Positions 1 through 9,853 of a stretch of DNA of 47,092 nt are shown here, one piece after another. A program made the position numbers and the translations under genes. The DNA is from Deltaproteobacteria bacterium. Lineage in GTDB: Bacteria > Desulfobacterota > Desulfobacteria > Desulfobacterales > ETH-SRB1. The DNA is taken from contig JAJSZP010000001.1 of the NCBI GenBank assembly GCA_030262775.1, positions 1 to 47,092 on the forward strand, read 5' to 3'. The notes beneath the pieces are model-generated. The model did not search any database. It had not been told where the DNA came from and saw nothing but the letters and a program-made list of their open reading frames with translations. Within the stretch, counting starts at the first letter, position 1, and the number at the start of each line of letters is the position of its first letter.

Positions 1-32
1 TATAATTAGAATTGCTGCCAACTCTATATGAT
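1..32 (+). repeat. Copy A of a short repeated leader or element end (TATAATTAGAATTGCTG..AACT.TATAT); copy B is at 6272-6300
   Basis: The 17 nt at 1-17 are identical to 6272-6288, and a gapped match continues for about 13 more nt. Both copies lie about 117 nt upstream of a plus-strand CDS start (118 and 6390). Copy A is cut by the window edge. Confidence 0.5.
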
Positions 33-117
33 ATTTGCATTCCTGAAATGTGTGTGCTAAACTTAATTTGTTTATTCTTTGGTTAATTTGCGAAGCAATA
101 TAATAGGCTCATTTTGA

Positions 118-2127
118 ATGACGGCAGAGTTTTTTATGTTTAATACTAAAAATCGCACCCGGTTGAAATTTATCGTAAGTTTGTTTTTGGTTTTGACAAC
201 CCTTATTGCGTATTGGCAATTACCCTGTCACGATTTTATACGTTTTGATGATAACTGGTTTATTGTAAAGAACTTTCATGTGCATAAGGGAATAACCTGG
301 GAAAGTATCGCGTGGGCTTTTAGTATTACAGATTATGCTTATTGGCATCCATTAACATGGTTGTCGCACATATTGGCTTTTCAGCTTTTCGGATTAAAAT
401 CGTCGATGCATCTTTTGATCAATCTCTTCTTGCATATTGCAAATATTTTGTTGCTGTTTATTGTGCTCAAACGAATGACCGGTTCGCTTTGGAGAAGTGC
501 CTTTGTGGCCGCCATGTTCGCCTTGCACCCTATGAATGTGGAATCGGTTGCATGGGCGTCAGAATGCAAGAATGTTTTAAGCACGTTTTTCTGGATGTTA
601 ACCATGCTGACATATGCCCGTTATGCTGAACATCCAGGTTTCTATAGATATTTGATGACACTCATCGTTTTCGCATTGGGGCTTATGGCTAAACCGATGC
701 TTGTGACTTTACCGTTTGTCCTTTTGTTGTTTGATTATTGGCCCCTGTGTCGTTTCAAACTATTTCAATCAGGTGGTATGGGGCATGAATTTCGATGGTC
801 ACCGGTTTTACGTCTTGTTTTAGAAAAAATTCCGTTTTTGTCTCTTTCAGCGGTTTGTATTTATTTATCCTCTTTATCGGTTCAACGTCTTGAAATTGTG
901 ATATCCACGGCTTCGGTTCCAATGAAACTCAGGATCTATAATGCACTGGTTTCATATGTGAGCTATATTAAAAAGATGGCCTGGCCTCACAATCTGGCTG
1001 TCTACTACCCATATCCGGAATCTATCCCGTTTTGGAAAGTTGCCGGAGCTGCTTTGTTCCTGATATGTGTATCTATTCTTGTAGTTCGGGCTTTAAAATC
1101 CAAACCTTATCTTGCGGTTGGATGGTTTTGGTACATTGGAACACTTGTACCGGCAATTGGATTAGTACAGGCTGGCTTATGGCCGTCGATAGCGGACCGC
1201 TTTGCTTACGTGCCGCTCATAGGGCTTTTTATCGTTATTGCCTGGGGTATTCCTGATCTTGTTGCTCAATGGCGCTGCAAAAAAATTGCGCTTGCTGCAA
1301 CAGCTATAGTACTTCTTTTAACGTTTACGGCAGCAACCTGGTTTCAAAACAAATATTGGCAAAACAGTGTAACACTTTTTTCCCATAACGTAAACGTGAC
1401 TCAAAATAACAGAGTAGCGCATAACGTATTAGGAAATGCTTTGCAGCAGCAAGGAAAACTCAATGAAGCAATTTCTCATTATGCCGAGGCGTTGAAAATA
1501 GATCCCAACTATGCCGAAGCTCACAACAACTTAGGTTACACCTTAACTCGTCAGAAACATTATAAAGAGGCCATTTATCATTATCATGAAGCTTTGCGAA
1601 TAAACCCGACACATACAAACGCTTATAACAACCTGGGAACTGCCTTGCTTCATCAAGGAAATGAGGAAGAGGCCATTTATTATTATTATGAAGCCCTGAA
1701 AAGCAATCCAAAGTATGCGGGAGCTTATTATAATTTAGGAAAAATATTATTGAATCGGGGAAAAACTGAAAAAGCAATTAATTTCTACAGAAAAGCTTTA
1801 AAGTTTGAACCTGAAATGACTCAAGCTCTATATAACCTGTCATGGATATTGGCCAGTTATGAAGATAAGAAATATCGAAATGGCGAGGAAGCTGTAAGGC
1901 TGGCTGAAAAGCTTTGTAAAATCACCCGGTATCGTCAGCCACTAGCGCTTGATGCGCTTGCGGCAGCTTATGCAGAGGCAGGAAGGTTTACAGAGGCGAT
2001 TTTAACAGCTCAGAAAGGGCTTGAACTGGCCCTGTGGATGGGCCCAAAAGAGCTGGCTCTGGGTTTGGAAAACAGGCTGAAGTTATATCATGCAAAACGA
2101 CCTTATCGGCAGAACTCGCATAAATAA
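118..2127 (+). CDS. TMTC-like GT-C membrane glycosyltransferase with C-terminal TPR repeats (paralog 1)
   Basis: 669-aa ORF. The N-terminal ~400 aa are polytopic membrane sequence with an early FxRFDD loop motif typical of PMT/TMTC-type GT-C enzymes. The C-terminal part has more than 6 TPR units (AxxHxNLGxxLxxQGxxxEAIxxYxEALxIxP). An alternative start at M7 (136) is possible. Confidence 0.8.
   Translation: MTAEFFMFNTKNRTRLKFIVSLFLVLTTLIAYWQLPCHDFIRFDDNWFIVKNFHVHKGITWESIAWAFSITDYAYWHPLTWLSHILAFQLFGLKSSMHLLINLFLHIANILLLFIVLKRMTGSLWRSAFVAAMFALHPMNVESVAWASECKNVLSTFFWMLTMLTYARYAEHPGFYRYLMTLIVFALGLMAKPMLVTLPFVLLLFDYWPLCRFKLFQSGGMGHEFRWSPVLRLVLEKIPFLSLSAVCIYLSSLSVQRLEIVISTASVPMKLRIYNALVSYVSYIKKMAWPHNLAVYYPYPESIPFWKVAGAALFLICVSILVVRALKSKPYLAVGWFWYIGTLVPAIGLVQAGLWPSIADRFAYVPLIGLFIVIAWGIPDLVAQWRCKKIALAATAIVLLLTFTAATWFQNKYWQNSVTLFSHNVNVTQNNRVAHNVLGNALQQQGKLNEAISHYAEALKIDPNYAEAHNNLGYTLTRQKHYKEAIYHYHEALRINPTHTNAYNNLGTALLHQGNEEEAIYYYYEALKSNPKYAGAYYNLGKILLNRGKTEKAINFYRKALKFEPEMTQALYNLSWILASYEDKKYRNGEEAVRLAEKLCKITRYRQPLALDALAAAYAEAGRFTEAILTAQKGLELALWMGPKELALGLENRLKLYHAKRPYRQNSHK
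1045..1318 (+). repeat. Near-identical tract shared with paralog 2 (gene-conversion tract, copy 1)
   Basis: My hand alignment to 3080-3353 gives 9 mismatches in about 274 nt, including a run of about 100 nt with no mismatch. The rest of the two genes is much more diverged. Confidence 0.85.
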
Positions 2128-2161
2128 TTGGAGTTTGCAGATCTAACGGCAATGGAAAAAC

Positions 2162-4276
2162 ATGAACAATATTGATAAACATAGAACAGTTAATATTCGT
2201 TATAATGTTTTGATCTGTCTATTTCTCGTCATAGCCACACTGGCCGCCTATTGGCAGGTGAGAAATCATAATTTTCTTAGTTTTGATGACCATGCTTATG
2301 TTCTGCATAACCAGCATGTGAACAAAGGTTTGAGTTTAGAGAGCATTTCCTGGGCTTTCAGCTTTACAGACATTGCATACTGGCATCCTCTGTCATGGCT
2401 TTCTCACATGCTGGATTGCCAGCTCTATGGATTAAATCCTTCCATGCATCATATAACCGGCCTGATTATTCATATAATAAACTGTCTTCTGTTATTTCTA
2501 TTGTTTAAGGGAATGACCGGCGCTGTCTGGAAAAGCGCCTTTATTGCCGCGCTGTTCGCATTGCACCCAATCAATGTAGAATCGGTTGCCTGGGTAGCTG
2601 AACGGAAGAATGTCCTTAGTACTTTGTTCTGGATGCTCACCCTGTTGACCTATTATTATTACTCTTTACAACCTGGTTTCTATAGATACTTTTTGACACT
2701 TTTTTGTTTTTTTCTGGGCCTTATAGCTAAACCAATGCTTGTAACTCTGCCGTTTGTTCTTCTTTTGTTTGACTACTGGCCTCTTGAACGTCTCCGGTAC
2801 AGCTCGACAATAAAAGCAGGCAGATATAAAAAAGCGTCTTTACTTCATCTGATTCTGGAAAAAATTCCTTTTTTCTTGCTTGCCGGCGCTTCGATATATA
2901 TCTCATCTTTATCGGTTCAACATCATGCAATAGTAGTATCCACGGAATCTGTTTCAATGAAGCTCCGGGTTGCAAACGCTCTGGTATCATATGTAAAATA
3001 TATTGGAAAGATGATCTGGCCAAAAGATCTGGCGGTTTTTTATCCATTCCCTGATACGTTGCCTGTCTGGCAAATATCGGGAGCTGCTTTGTTCCTGATA
3101 TGTGTATCTGTTCTTGTATTTCGGGCTTTAAAATCCAAACCTTATCTTGCGGTCGGATGGTTTTGGTACATTGGAACACTTGTGCCGGCAATTGGATTAA
3201 TACAGGCGGGCTTATGGCCGTCAATAGCGGACCGCTTTGCTTACGTGCCGCTCATAGGGCTTTTTATCGTTATTGCCTGGGGTATTCCTGATCTTGTTGC
3301 TCAATGGCGCTGTAAAAAAATTGCGCTTGCTGCAACAGCCATACTGGTTCTCTTAATCTTTACAGCAGCATCTCGCTCGCAAAACAGGTATTGGGCAAAC
3401 AACATTGCCCTTTTTAAACATTCCCTTGATGTGACAAACGATAATGAGGTTGCCCACCAGAAGTTGGGTGAAGCGCTGGCGGCTCATGATAAAACTGATG
3501 AAGCTGTCATGCACTATTACGAGGCATTGCGGATAAAACCTGATCTTGTTGCAGCGCATCTAAATCTGGGCCTTGCTTTAAGAAAAAAGGGCAAAATTAA
3601 TGAGGCTGTAGAACATTTTTCCATGGCGTTACTGGCGAAATCTGATTGTGCTGAAGCTTATTATGAGCTTGGCGTTACACTTGAAAAACAGGGCAATTTT
3701 GATGCGGCTGTCAGGAATTATTCTGAAGCTCTGAGGATAAAGCCGGAATTTGCCAGGGGACATAACAACCTGGGAATCGTCCTGGCTCGTCAGAAAAAAG
3801 ATAAAGAAGCCATTTTTCACCTTTGTGAGGCTATTCGGATCGACCCGGATTATGCCGACGCATACGGCAATCTGGGGATAATTTATGCCAATCAGAAAAA
3901 TATTGGAAAAGCGATACTTCATTATAAGAAAGCATTACACTTCAACCCGAATATGACACAGGCCCTCTATAATCTTTCATGGATATTGGCAAGTTGTGAA
4001 GATGAGAAATTTCGAAACGGGGAGGAAGCTGTCAAGCTGGCTGGAAAACTTTGTAAAATAACCCGATATAATCAGCCGTCGGCATTGAATATTTTTGCCG
4101 CAGCTTATGCTGAAACAGGAAAGTTTGACAAAGCTGTAACAACAGCAAAAAAAGCTCTGGATCTGGCTTTAAAACAAGGCCCCAACGAACTGGTTTTAGA
4201 GTTAAAAAAAAGATTGCGGTTATATCAGGAAAAACGTTCTTATCGTCAAACACAGCCTGAAGAAGGTAACGGCTGA
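2162..4276 (+). CDS. TMTC-like GT-C membrane glycosyltransferase with C-terminal TPR repeats (paralog 2)
   Basis: 704-aa ORF with the same architecture as 118-2127 (FLSFDD motif, polytopic N-terminal half, TPR C-terminal half). It is tandem and co-oriented, 34 nt downstream of paralog 1. Confidence 0.8.
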   Translation: MNNIDKHRTVNIRYNVLICLFLVIATLAAYWQVRNHNFLSFDDHAYVLHNQHVNKGLSLESISWAFSFTDIAYWHPLSWLSHMLDCQLYGLNPSMHHITGLIIHIINCLLLFLLFKGMTGAVWKSAFIAALFALHPINVESVAWVAERKNVLSTLFWMLTLLTYYYYSLQPGFYRYFLTLFCFFLGLIAKPMLVTLPFVLLLFDYWPLERLRYSSTIKAGRYKKASLLHLILEKIPFFLLAGASIYISSLSVQHHAIVVSTESVSMKLRVANALVSYVKYIGKMIWPKDLAVFYPFPDTLPVWQISGAALFLICVSVLVFRALKSKPYLAVGWFWYIGTLVPAIGLIQAGLWPSIADRFAYVPLIGLFIVIAWGIPDLVAQWRCKKIALAATAILVLLIFTAASRSQNRYWANNIALFKHSLDVTNDNEVAHQKLGEALAAHDKTDEAVMHYYEALRIKPDLVAAHLNLGLALRKKGKINEAVEHFSMALLAKSDCAEAYYELGVTLEKQGNFDAAVRNYSEALRIKPEFARGHNNLGIVLARQKKDKEAIFHLCEAIRIDPDYADAYGNLGIIYANQKNIGKAILHYKKALHFNPNMTQALYNLSWILASCEDEKFRNGEEAVKLAGKLCKITRYNQPSALNIFAAAYAETGKFDKAVTTAKKALDLALKQGPNELVLELKKRLRLYQEKRSYRQTQPEEGNG
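3080..3353 (+). repeat. Gene-conversion tract, copy 2
   Basis: Matches 1045-1318 at about 97% nt identity by eye. Confidence 0.85.
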
Positions 4277-4305
4277 TAATGTAAAAATACGCGGCTTGCG
4301 GTTGT

Positions 4306-6006
4306 ATGCGCGGATTTATGCAGCCGTCCGGCTGGGGAGATTGTTATTGCATGCTCGAAACGCACTGGAATAATAAGATTGCAACATCTCTGTTATGCAT
4401 TGCTATTTCAGGATTTATGATTGTTGAGATCCTGCTTAATTTGACTCCTCCCATATCCCGTGATGCCCTGATTCATCATCTTGCTATTCCCGGGCTTTGG
4501 CTCGCGCATGGAGGATTTTACGAAATCCCCTGGGCAGATTTTTCATATTACCCTATGAACATTGATCTGCTTTATCTCATACCTCTCTATTTCAATAATG
4601 ATATTGTCCCTAAATTTATACATTTTGCATTTGGTTGCGGCACAGGGCTGCTGATATATTGTTATCTAAAGAACAGGCTAAGCAAAAACTGGGGGCTTCT
4701 GGGTTTTCTGGTTTTCTGCACCACGCCCGCTGTTGCCCGCCTTTCAACAACAGCCTATATAGACCTTGGAATGGTCTTTTTTGCAACAGCAAGCATCCTT
4801 GCATTTGTCAGATGGCGTGATGGGAATTACAAACATACAAAATGGCTCGCCCTGTCTGCCGTCTGCATGGGGCTGGCAGCAGGATCCAAGTATAATGCCC
4901 TGATTGCATGGCTTTTTTTGAACCTGGTGATGGTTTTCTATTATTCAAGGGATACAGGAAAAGGACTGCCGGCGCTGGGATATGGCGTCACATTCTTTGC
5001 CCTTGCCCTTGTTGTTGTCTCTCCCTGGTTTATTAAAAACTATATTCAGACAGGAAACCCCATTTACCCTCTCTTTGACCAGTTTTTCAGATTTCTTCAT
5101 CATGCAGGTGAAAAAAGTGCAAGTATAGCCCAAATAGGAGAAAGCAGATGGACATCCAATATCTTCCAGAGAAGAGGGGTTGTGTTCGGCGAAAGTTTTC
5201 TGGAAACGCTTTTTATTCCAATTCGAATGTTTTTTCAGGGAAAGGATGCTTCTAATCAGTATTTTGACGGCGTCCTGAACCCGATTCTAATAATTATGGT
5301 TCCTTTTGCTTTTCTGACAAAAAATTTAAACCGCGACAAGGTGTTTTTCCTGCTCTTTTCGGTCTTTTTTCTTTTCATGGCTTACTTTCTCACGGTCATA
5401 CGCATAAGATACATCCTGACGGTAGTTCCGTTTCTGGCCATTTTGAGTGTCATTGGAATAAAAAATATTGTAGAATGGACAAGCAAAAAACCCAGCCAGG
5501 TTCGCCGCGCGGGTTTGATAGGCATATTTGCTGTTACGATAATATTTATCGCTTTTAATTTCCTGTATCTAAAGAATTATTTTAAGGAGATAGGGCCTGT
5601 AAAATACATCCTTAATCAGGAAACAAAAGACGAATTTTTAAGCCGTCACATAGGAAGCTATCCTGCAATGCAGTATATCAACGAAAATCTTCCGGATAAT
5701 GTCAGAATTTTCCTGATGTTTCTCGGCAGACGCGGCTACTATATAGACAGGCCATATTATCATGAAATATCATTTGGCATGAACACCATAAACAACATGG
5801 TTAAAGCTTCCGCAGATAAACAGGATTTCCGGGCATATCTGCAATCCCTGGATTGCACCCATATTCTGATGCGAACCAATCTTGTTAATAAGTATTTGCA
5901 TGACAATTTTCCTGAAAAGACAATTATCCGCTTTTTGGATATTATGAAAGAATACTGGACGCCTGTTTATGAATCAAAGGGGTATGCGGTATGGGAGAGG
6001 GCTTGA
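4306..6006 (+). CDS. Polytopic membrane protein, ArnT/PMT-like GT-C glycosyltransferase (GT39/GT83-like)
   Basis: 566-aa ORF with many hydrophobic helices in the first ~420 aa and a soluble C-terminal domain. It resembles the dolichyl/undecaprenyl-phosphate-sugar dependent transferase family. The start is uncertain: M16 (4351) has a GGGGAG-like SD, whereas 4306 has none. Confidence 0.6.
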   Translation: MRGFMQPSGWGDCYCMLETHWNNKIATSLLCIAISGFMIVEILLNLTPPISRDALIHHLAIPGLWLAHGGFYEIPWADFSYYPMNIDLLYLIPLYFNNDIVPKFIHFAFGCGTGLLIYCYLKNRLSKNWGLLGFLVFCTTPAVARLSTTAYIDLGMVFFATASILAFVRWRDGNYKHTKWLALSAVCMGLAAGSKYNALIAWLFLNLVMVFYYSRDTGKGLPALGYGVTFFALALVVVSPWFIKNYIQTGNPIYPLFDQFFRFLHHAGEKSASIAQIGESRWTSNIFQRRGVVFGESFLETLFIPIRMFFQGKDASNQYFDGVLNPILIIMVPFAFLTKNLNRDKVFFLLFSVFFLFMAYFLTVIRIRYILTVVPFLAILSVIGIKNIVEWTSKKPSQVRRAGLIGIFAVTIIFIAFNFLYLKNYFKEIGPVKYILNQETKDEFLSRHIGSYPAMQYINENLPDNVRIFLMFLGRRGYYIDRPYYHEISFGMNTINNMVKASADKQDFRAYLQSLDCTHILMRTNLVNKYLHDNFPEKTIIRFLDIMKEYWTPVYESKGYAVWERA

Positions 6007-6193
6007 AAGTCTATACAAGTCAAGTGGAATAATCTTGAGAGATAAAAACCGGAAGGGGGATGGCTATTTCTCTGGCAGTGTATTTGGGAAGGGGCCTGTG
6101 ATAGAATTCACGGATAAGTGATTTTATGATTTCTTTATGTCAAGGACAAATCTAATTATGGAATAATTTTTGCGAATCAAAAGAAATGGAATA

Positions 6194-6259
6194 CCACGAA
6201 GCGCACGAAGAAATAAGAAAATAACAAGATCTGCTTCGCGTTCTTCGTGTGCTTCGTGG
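6194..6259. repeat. 19-bp-stem inverted repeat (CCACGAAGCGCACGAAGAA / TTCTTCGTGTGCTTCGTGG) with a 28-nt loop
   Basis: The arms at 6194-6212 and 6241-6259 are complementary at 18 of 19 positions, and the mismatch would be a G-U pair in RNA. Each arm is itself a tandem of a CACGAAG unit. Confidence 0.8.
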
Positions 6260-6271
6260 TGAATAACAGGC

Positions 6272-6300
6272 TATAATTAGAATTGCTGAACTATATTATT
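6272..6300 (+). repeat. Copy B of the repeated leader or element end seen at 1-32
   Basis: See feature 1-32. This copy lies 12 nt after the 6194-6259 hairpin and 118 nt before the ATG at 6390. Confidence 0.5.
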
Positions 6301-6389
6301 AACTGTGGCATTTAGTTCAATATTGGTATATGTAGCGGCTGGTTGCAAAAATAAAACCTGAAATCCAAGAAAAGGCTACGGAAATAAAT

Positions 6390-7253
6390 ATGACAAAAGT
6401 CTCAGTGATCATCCCTGCTTACAATGAAGCTCAAAGCATTGGGCATGTTGTAAAAAAAATCAAAGCATTCAATCCTGATTTTGAGATTATTGTGATTGAC
6501 GACGGCTCAACAGATGATACAGCCGCTGCAGCCAGAGACACAGGCGCCACTGTATACAGCCACCCCTATAATATCGGCAACGGCGCTGCCATTAAAAGCG
6601 GGATAAGAATTGCCTCTGGTGATATTTTGGTATTCATGGACGGAGATGGTCAGCATGAGCCTGAAGATATAGCAAAGCTATTAGAATACCTGCCTGAATT
6701 TGACATGGTTGTTGGCGCGAGACCAAAAGGGCATCAGGCATCTTTGGGACGTGCCGTGGGCAACAAAATTTACAACTGGCTGGCATCATATGTAGCAAAG
6801 TTCCCTATTCAGGACCTTACTTCCGGGTTCAGGGCCGTCAAATCTGAAGTAGCCCATAACTTCCTGTACTTGCTTCCCAATACCTATTCATATCCCACAA
6901 CTTTAACGCTAAGTATTTTGAGAAACGGAAGAACGGTAAAGTATGTTCCTATCAAAGTAAAAACGCGCAAATCCGGGAAAAGCGGCATAAGCATGTTCAA
7001 AGACGGCATCCGTTTTTTTATGATCATCATAAAAATCTGCACACTCTATTCCCCTTTCAGAATATTTCTTCCAGTAAGTTTTTTAATCTTTTTTACTGGC
7101 TTGACTTATTACCTTTATACTTTTTTTGTCTGGGGACGCTTTACCAACATGAGCGCTCTTTTGTTTACCACCTCAATTATCATATTTATGATGGGGCTTG
7201 TGTCGGAACAAATTTGTCAGATGAGATTTGAAAAAAGCGAAGGGAAGAGGTGA
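6390..7253 (+). CDS. GT2 polyprenol-phosphate glycosyltransferase (DPM1/ArnC/GtrB-like)
   Basis: 287 aa. The N-terminus VSVIIPAYNE...IIVIDDGSTDDT...DGDGQH is the GT-A/GT2 signature, and two C-terminal TM helices are typical of lipid-carrier-charging GT2 enzymes. Confidence 0.85.
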   Translation: MTKVSVIIPAYNEAQSIGHVVKKIKAFNPDFEIIVIDDGSTDDTAAAARDTGATVYSHPYNIGNGAAIKSGIRIASGDILVFMDGDGQHEPEDIAKLLEYLPEFDMVVGARPKGHQASLGRAVGNKIYNWLASYVAKFPIQDLTSGFRAVKSEVAHNFLYLLPNTYSYPTTLTLSILRNGRTVKYVPIKVKTRKSGKSGISMFKDGIRFFMIIIKICTLYSPFRIFLPVSFLIFFTGLTYYLYTFFVWGRFTNMSALLFTTSIIIFMMGLVSEQICQMRFEKSEGKR

Positions 7254-7298
7254 AATGTCGTAAATGATGTATCCTGAAGTAAATTTGTTTGGGTAAGG

Positions 7299-8507
7299 CT
7301 AAAGCCTTGTCCTGCGACATCCAAAAAAATCTGTCGCCTCGCAACAGCATAAAATGGCCTTAATAAAATCGTCGCCTATTCTCTTAAAGGAAAATATGCC
7401 TTCTCCTGTCTGCCATGCTCCTTCCGCTATTTTCTTTCTAATGTCCGGCTTCAATTTCAGATATCGAATGGACTCGGCAAGAACTTTCGGGTTACCGGAA
7501 GGAATCAGATATGCGTTCTTACCATGGGAAAATGCCTCCCTGATGGCCGGTGTATCAGCCGTTATGAAGGGAACTCCTGCAGCGCAGATATCATAAATCT
7601 TGGACGGAATAACCCTTGCTGTCTTTGGCGTGATCCCAAATATACCCAGGGATAAATCAAATGATCGGATAAATTCGCCAAGATGTTCTGTTGGAATCCA
7701 GTCTTGAAATGTTACATTGGAAAGTCCCCACTTTCGAGCCATACTTTCCATCTTTTCCCGAAGCTGCCCCGAACCCACCAGAAAAAAATGTATATCCTGA
7801 TTGCCTGTCAGATATTGGGCAGTCTTTAGTATTATATCAACACCATGAAGGGGAATATAAGTTCCAACATAAAGAACCTTGAAAATCCCACCGGAGATAA
7901 CCTGGGGCGAATCAAATTTTTGATCAATGGTAGCCCCGACAAATATCCTGGATACCTTTTTAGGAGACAATCCATACTCCTCTATCAAATACCGGCAGTG
8001 TTCTTCCGTATCAATCAGGCATAAATCAGCATATCGACAGCATGATCTTTCAAATCGACGCAACAATCGTGCAGACAGACCGCCCGATTTCAACAGCTCC
8101 CGATCCCCGATCAACATCTCATAAAGAGGAATAAAGACATCATAGACAACGACAGCTCGCCTCTGGAAAAAAAAGCGCAGAAACCATGCCAGATGTATGT
8201 GAAAATAACCGGGATGCCCGACGATCACGGCATCCACACGTGGAGACCACATAAACTTCCACGTCAAAGCTGTAAAGCTGGCGATCAAGCCAAGAAAAAA
8301 ACGTGCGAATTCCAAAGGATTTTTGACTATATTCATTCTCCTCTGGAATGAACCGGCAAGTTCAAAATGGGCTTCGATTACATCCACACCATTTAGGCGC
8401 ATACCGCGAATCAGGTTCTTGTTTCGCGGATACTCAAGCCCTTTTGAATAGATGCCGAAATAAAGAATTTTCAATGGAACAGATCTGATTTTTTCATATA
8501 CTGACAT
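7299..8507 (-). CDS. GT-B fold glycosyltransferase (group 1 / GT4-like)
   Basis: 402 aa. The C-terminal half has the layout of a GT-B nucleotide-sugar binding domain (LYVGT..., FFLVGSG, ...IPSKIYD...G.PFI). Confidence 0.7.
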   Translation of the reverse strand: MSVYEKIRSVPLKILYFGIYSKGLEYPRNKNLIRGMRLNGVDVIEAHFELAGSFQRRMNIVKNPLEFARFFLGLIASFTALTWKFMWSPRVDAVIVGHPGYFHIHLAWFLRFFFQRRAVVVYDVFIPLYEMLIGDRELLKSGGLSARLLRRFERSCCRYADLCLIDTEEHCRYLIEEYGLSPKKVSRIFVGATIDQKFDSPQVISGGIFKVLYVGTYIPLHGVDIILKTAQYLTGNQDIHFFLVGSGQLREKMESMARKWGLSNVTFQDWIPTEHLGEFIRSFDLSLGIFGITPKTARVIPSKIYDICAAGVPFITADTPAIREAFSHGKNAYLIPSGNPKVLAESIRYLKLKPDIRKKIAEGAWQTGEGIFSFKRIGDDFIKAILCCCEATDFFGCRRTRL

Positions 8508-8580
8508 AGCAGTTCTCGCGTAAATACTGGCTCAAGCTAAACAGATACAGACAAGTATTATGTAAAAATCTTGTCAACAA

Positions 8581-9720
8581 CTAAAGCGTTCTTTTTAATG
8601 CCTCTAAAAAAAGTTTCTCTGTTGCCTTTCCCATGGCATCAACGGTAAAACGTTTTGCAGCAGCTTGTCCCCATTTGCGTAAACGGCAAGCGGTATTCGG
8701 GCTGGATGTAATCTTTTTGATAGCCATTGCAAGACCTTTTTCCTCTCCGGGATCAACAAAAAGCGCTTCTTTGCCATCAACGAAAACTTCCTTTGCTCCT
8801 CCCATTGATGTAGCTATAACCGGTGTTCCGGCCCTCATAGCCTCCAAGTAAACCAGTCCAAAACCTTCTGTGAAAGATGGAAGGGCGAAAACATCTGCGC
8901 CGATCATCATACCACGCACATAATCATTCGGTTGCAAACCATGAAACTCCACTGCCTCAGCAATGCCGAGTTCGCGAGCCTGCGTCATAAGGCAGGACTG
9001 ATTACGATCTTTGCCCACAACATGCACCCGAAGATCAGGAAACCGCGGCAGCAACTGAGCAGTAGCCTTTAATAGGACCGGAAGACCCTTGCGCTGAAAA
9101 TTACTGCCTACAAAAAGTATTGATGGTGAGCCAGTCAGCGGGATTGGAAAAACTGGCGGCTGATCAGGAAGGCCAATGTAGATCAAACATACCTTTTTGG
9201 GGTCTATGCGATAATTATTAATCACTTTGCGACCAACATGCTTACTATTGACGACAACTGCATTCATACGACAGTAAGTATATTTTTCCACTACACGAAG
9301 CAGCCAATAGTACCCACCACGCAGATACCGATCCGCAAAAATATTACGGGAAAAATTCACATCCAGCCAGTCCTGAGCATAAGAATCGTTGATCATCCCT
9401 GTAACAGGAATTGGAGAATTACGAACGCACCATGCCTCCCTGGCATCAGAAAAATGAGCGATATCATATTCCATTGCTTCGTTAGATAGAATCTTAGCGA
9501 ACGAGACGCCTAAGCTCAACCATCCGCCAGGAGTTGGATCAAACCTGGAATGTGACGCTATATGAATTCTCAAATCAGGCATTTCAATGCTCTCACCCTC
9601 AGGAACCACAACAGTAATCTGGTGTCCAAGCTCCATCAAACCAGTAATCAGGCCATGAGCATAGGTTCCAACTCCGCTGCGAAAAGCAGCGAGTTGCTGG
9701 GTAAAGAGAAGGATACGCAT
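8581..9720 (-). CDS. GT4 family glycosyltransferase (group 1)
   Basis: 379 aa. It starts MRILLFTQQ... and carries the EX7E-type motif PSFTEGFGLVYLEAMRAGTPVIAT. A GGGGGA SD lies upstream. Confidence 0.85.
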   Translation of the reverse strand: MRILLFTQQLAAFRSGVGTYAHGLITGLMELGHQITVVVPEGESIEMPDLRIHIASHSRFDPTPGGWLSLGVSFAKILSNEAMEYDIAHFSDAREAWCVRNSPIPVTGMINDSYAQDWLDVNFSRNIFADRYLRGGYYWLLRVVEKYTYCRMNAVVVNSKHVGRKVINNYRIDPKKVCLIYIGLPDQPPVFPIPLTGSPSILFVGSNFQRKGLPVLLKATAQLLPRFPDLRVHVVGKDRNQSCLMTQARELGIAEAVEFHGLQPNDYVRGMMIGADVFALPSFTEGFGLVYLEAMRAGTPVIATSMGGAKEVFVDGKEALFVDPGEEKGLAMAIKKITSSPNTACRLRKWGQAAAKRFTVDAMGKATEKLFLEALKRTL

Positions 9721-9853
9721 CAGTTCCCCCTGATAACGCCCCCATGAAACAGGCTAAGTATGCCGTATATCATTATTGTTGCTGCCTTCATTTTTGACAT
9801 CCTTCAAATTAGAACAAGCTTGTCGATCCTGTATCGGCCTGCTTGTAGAGGTT

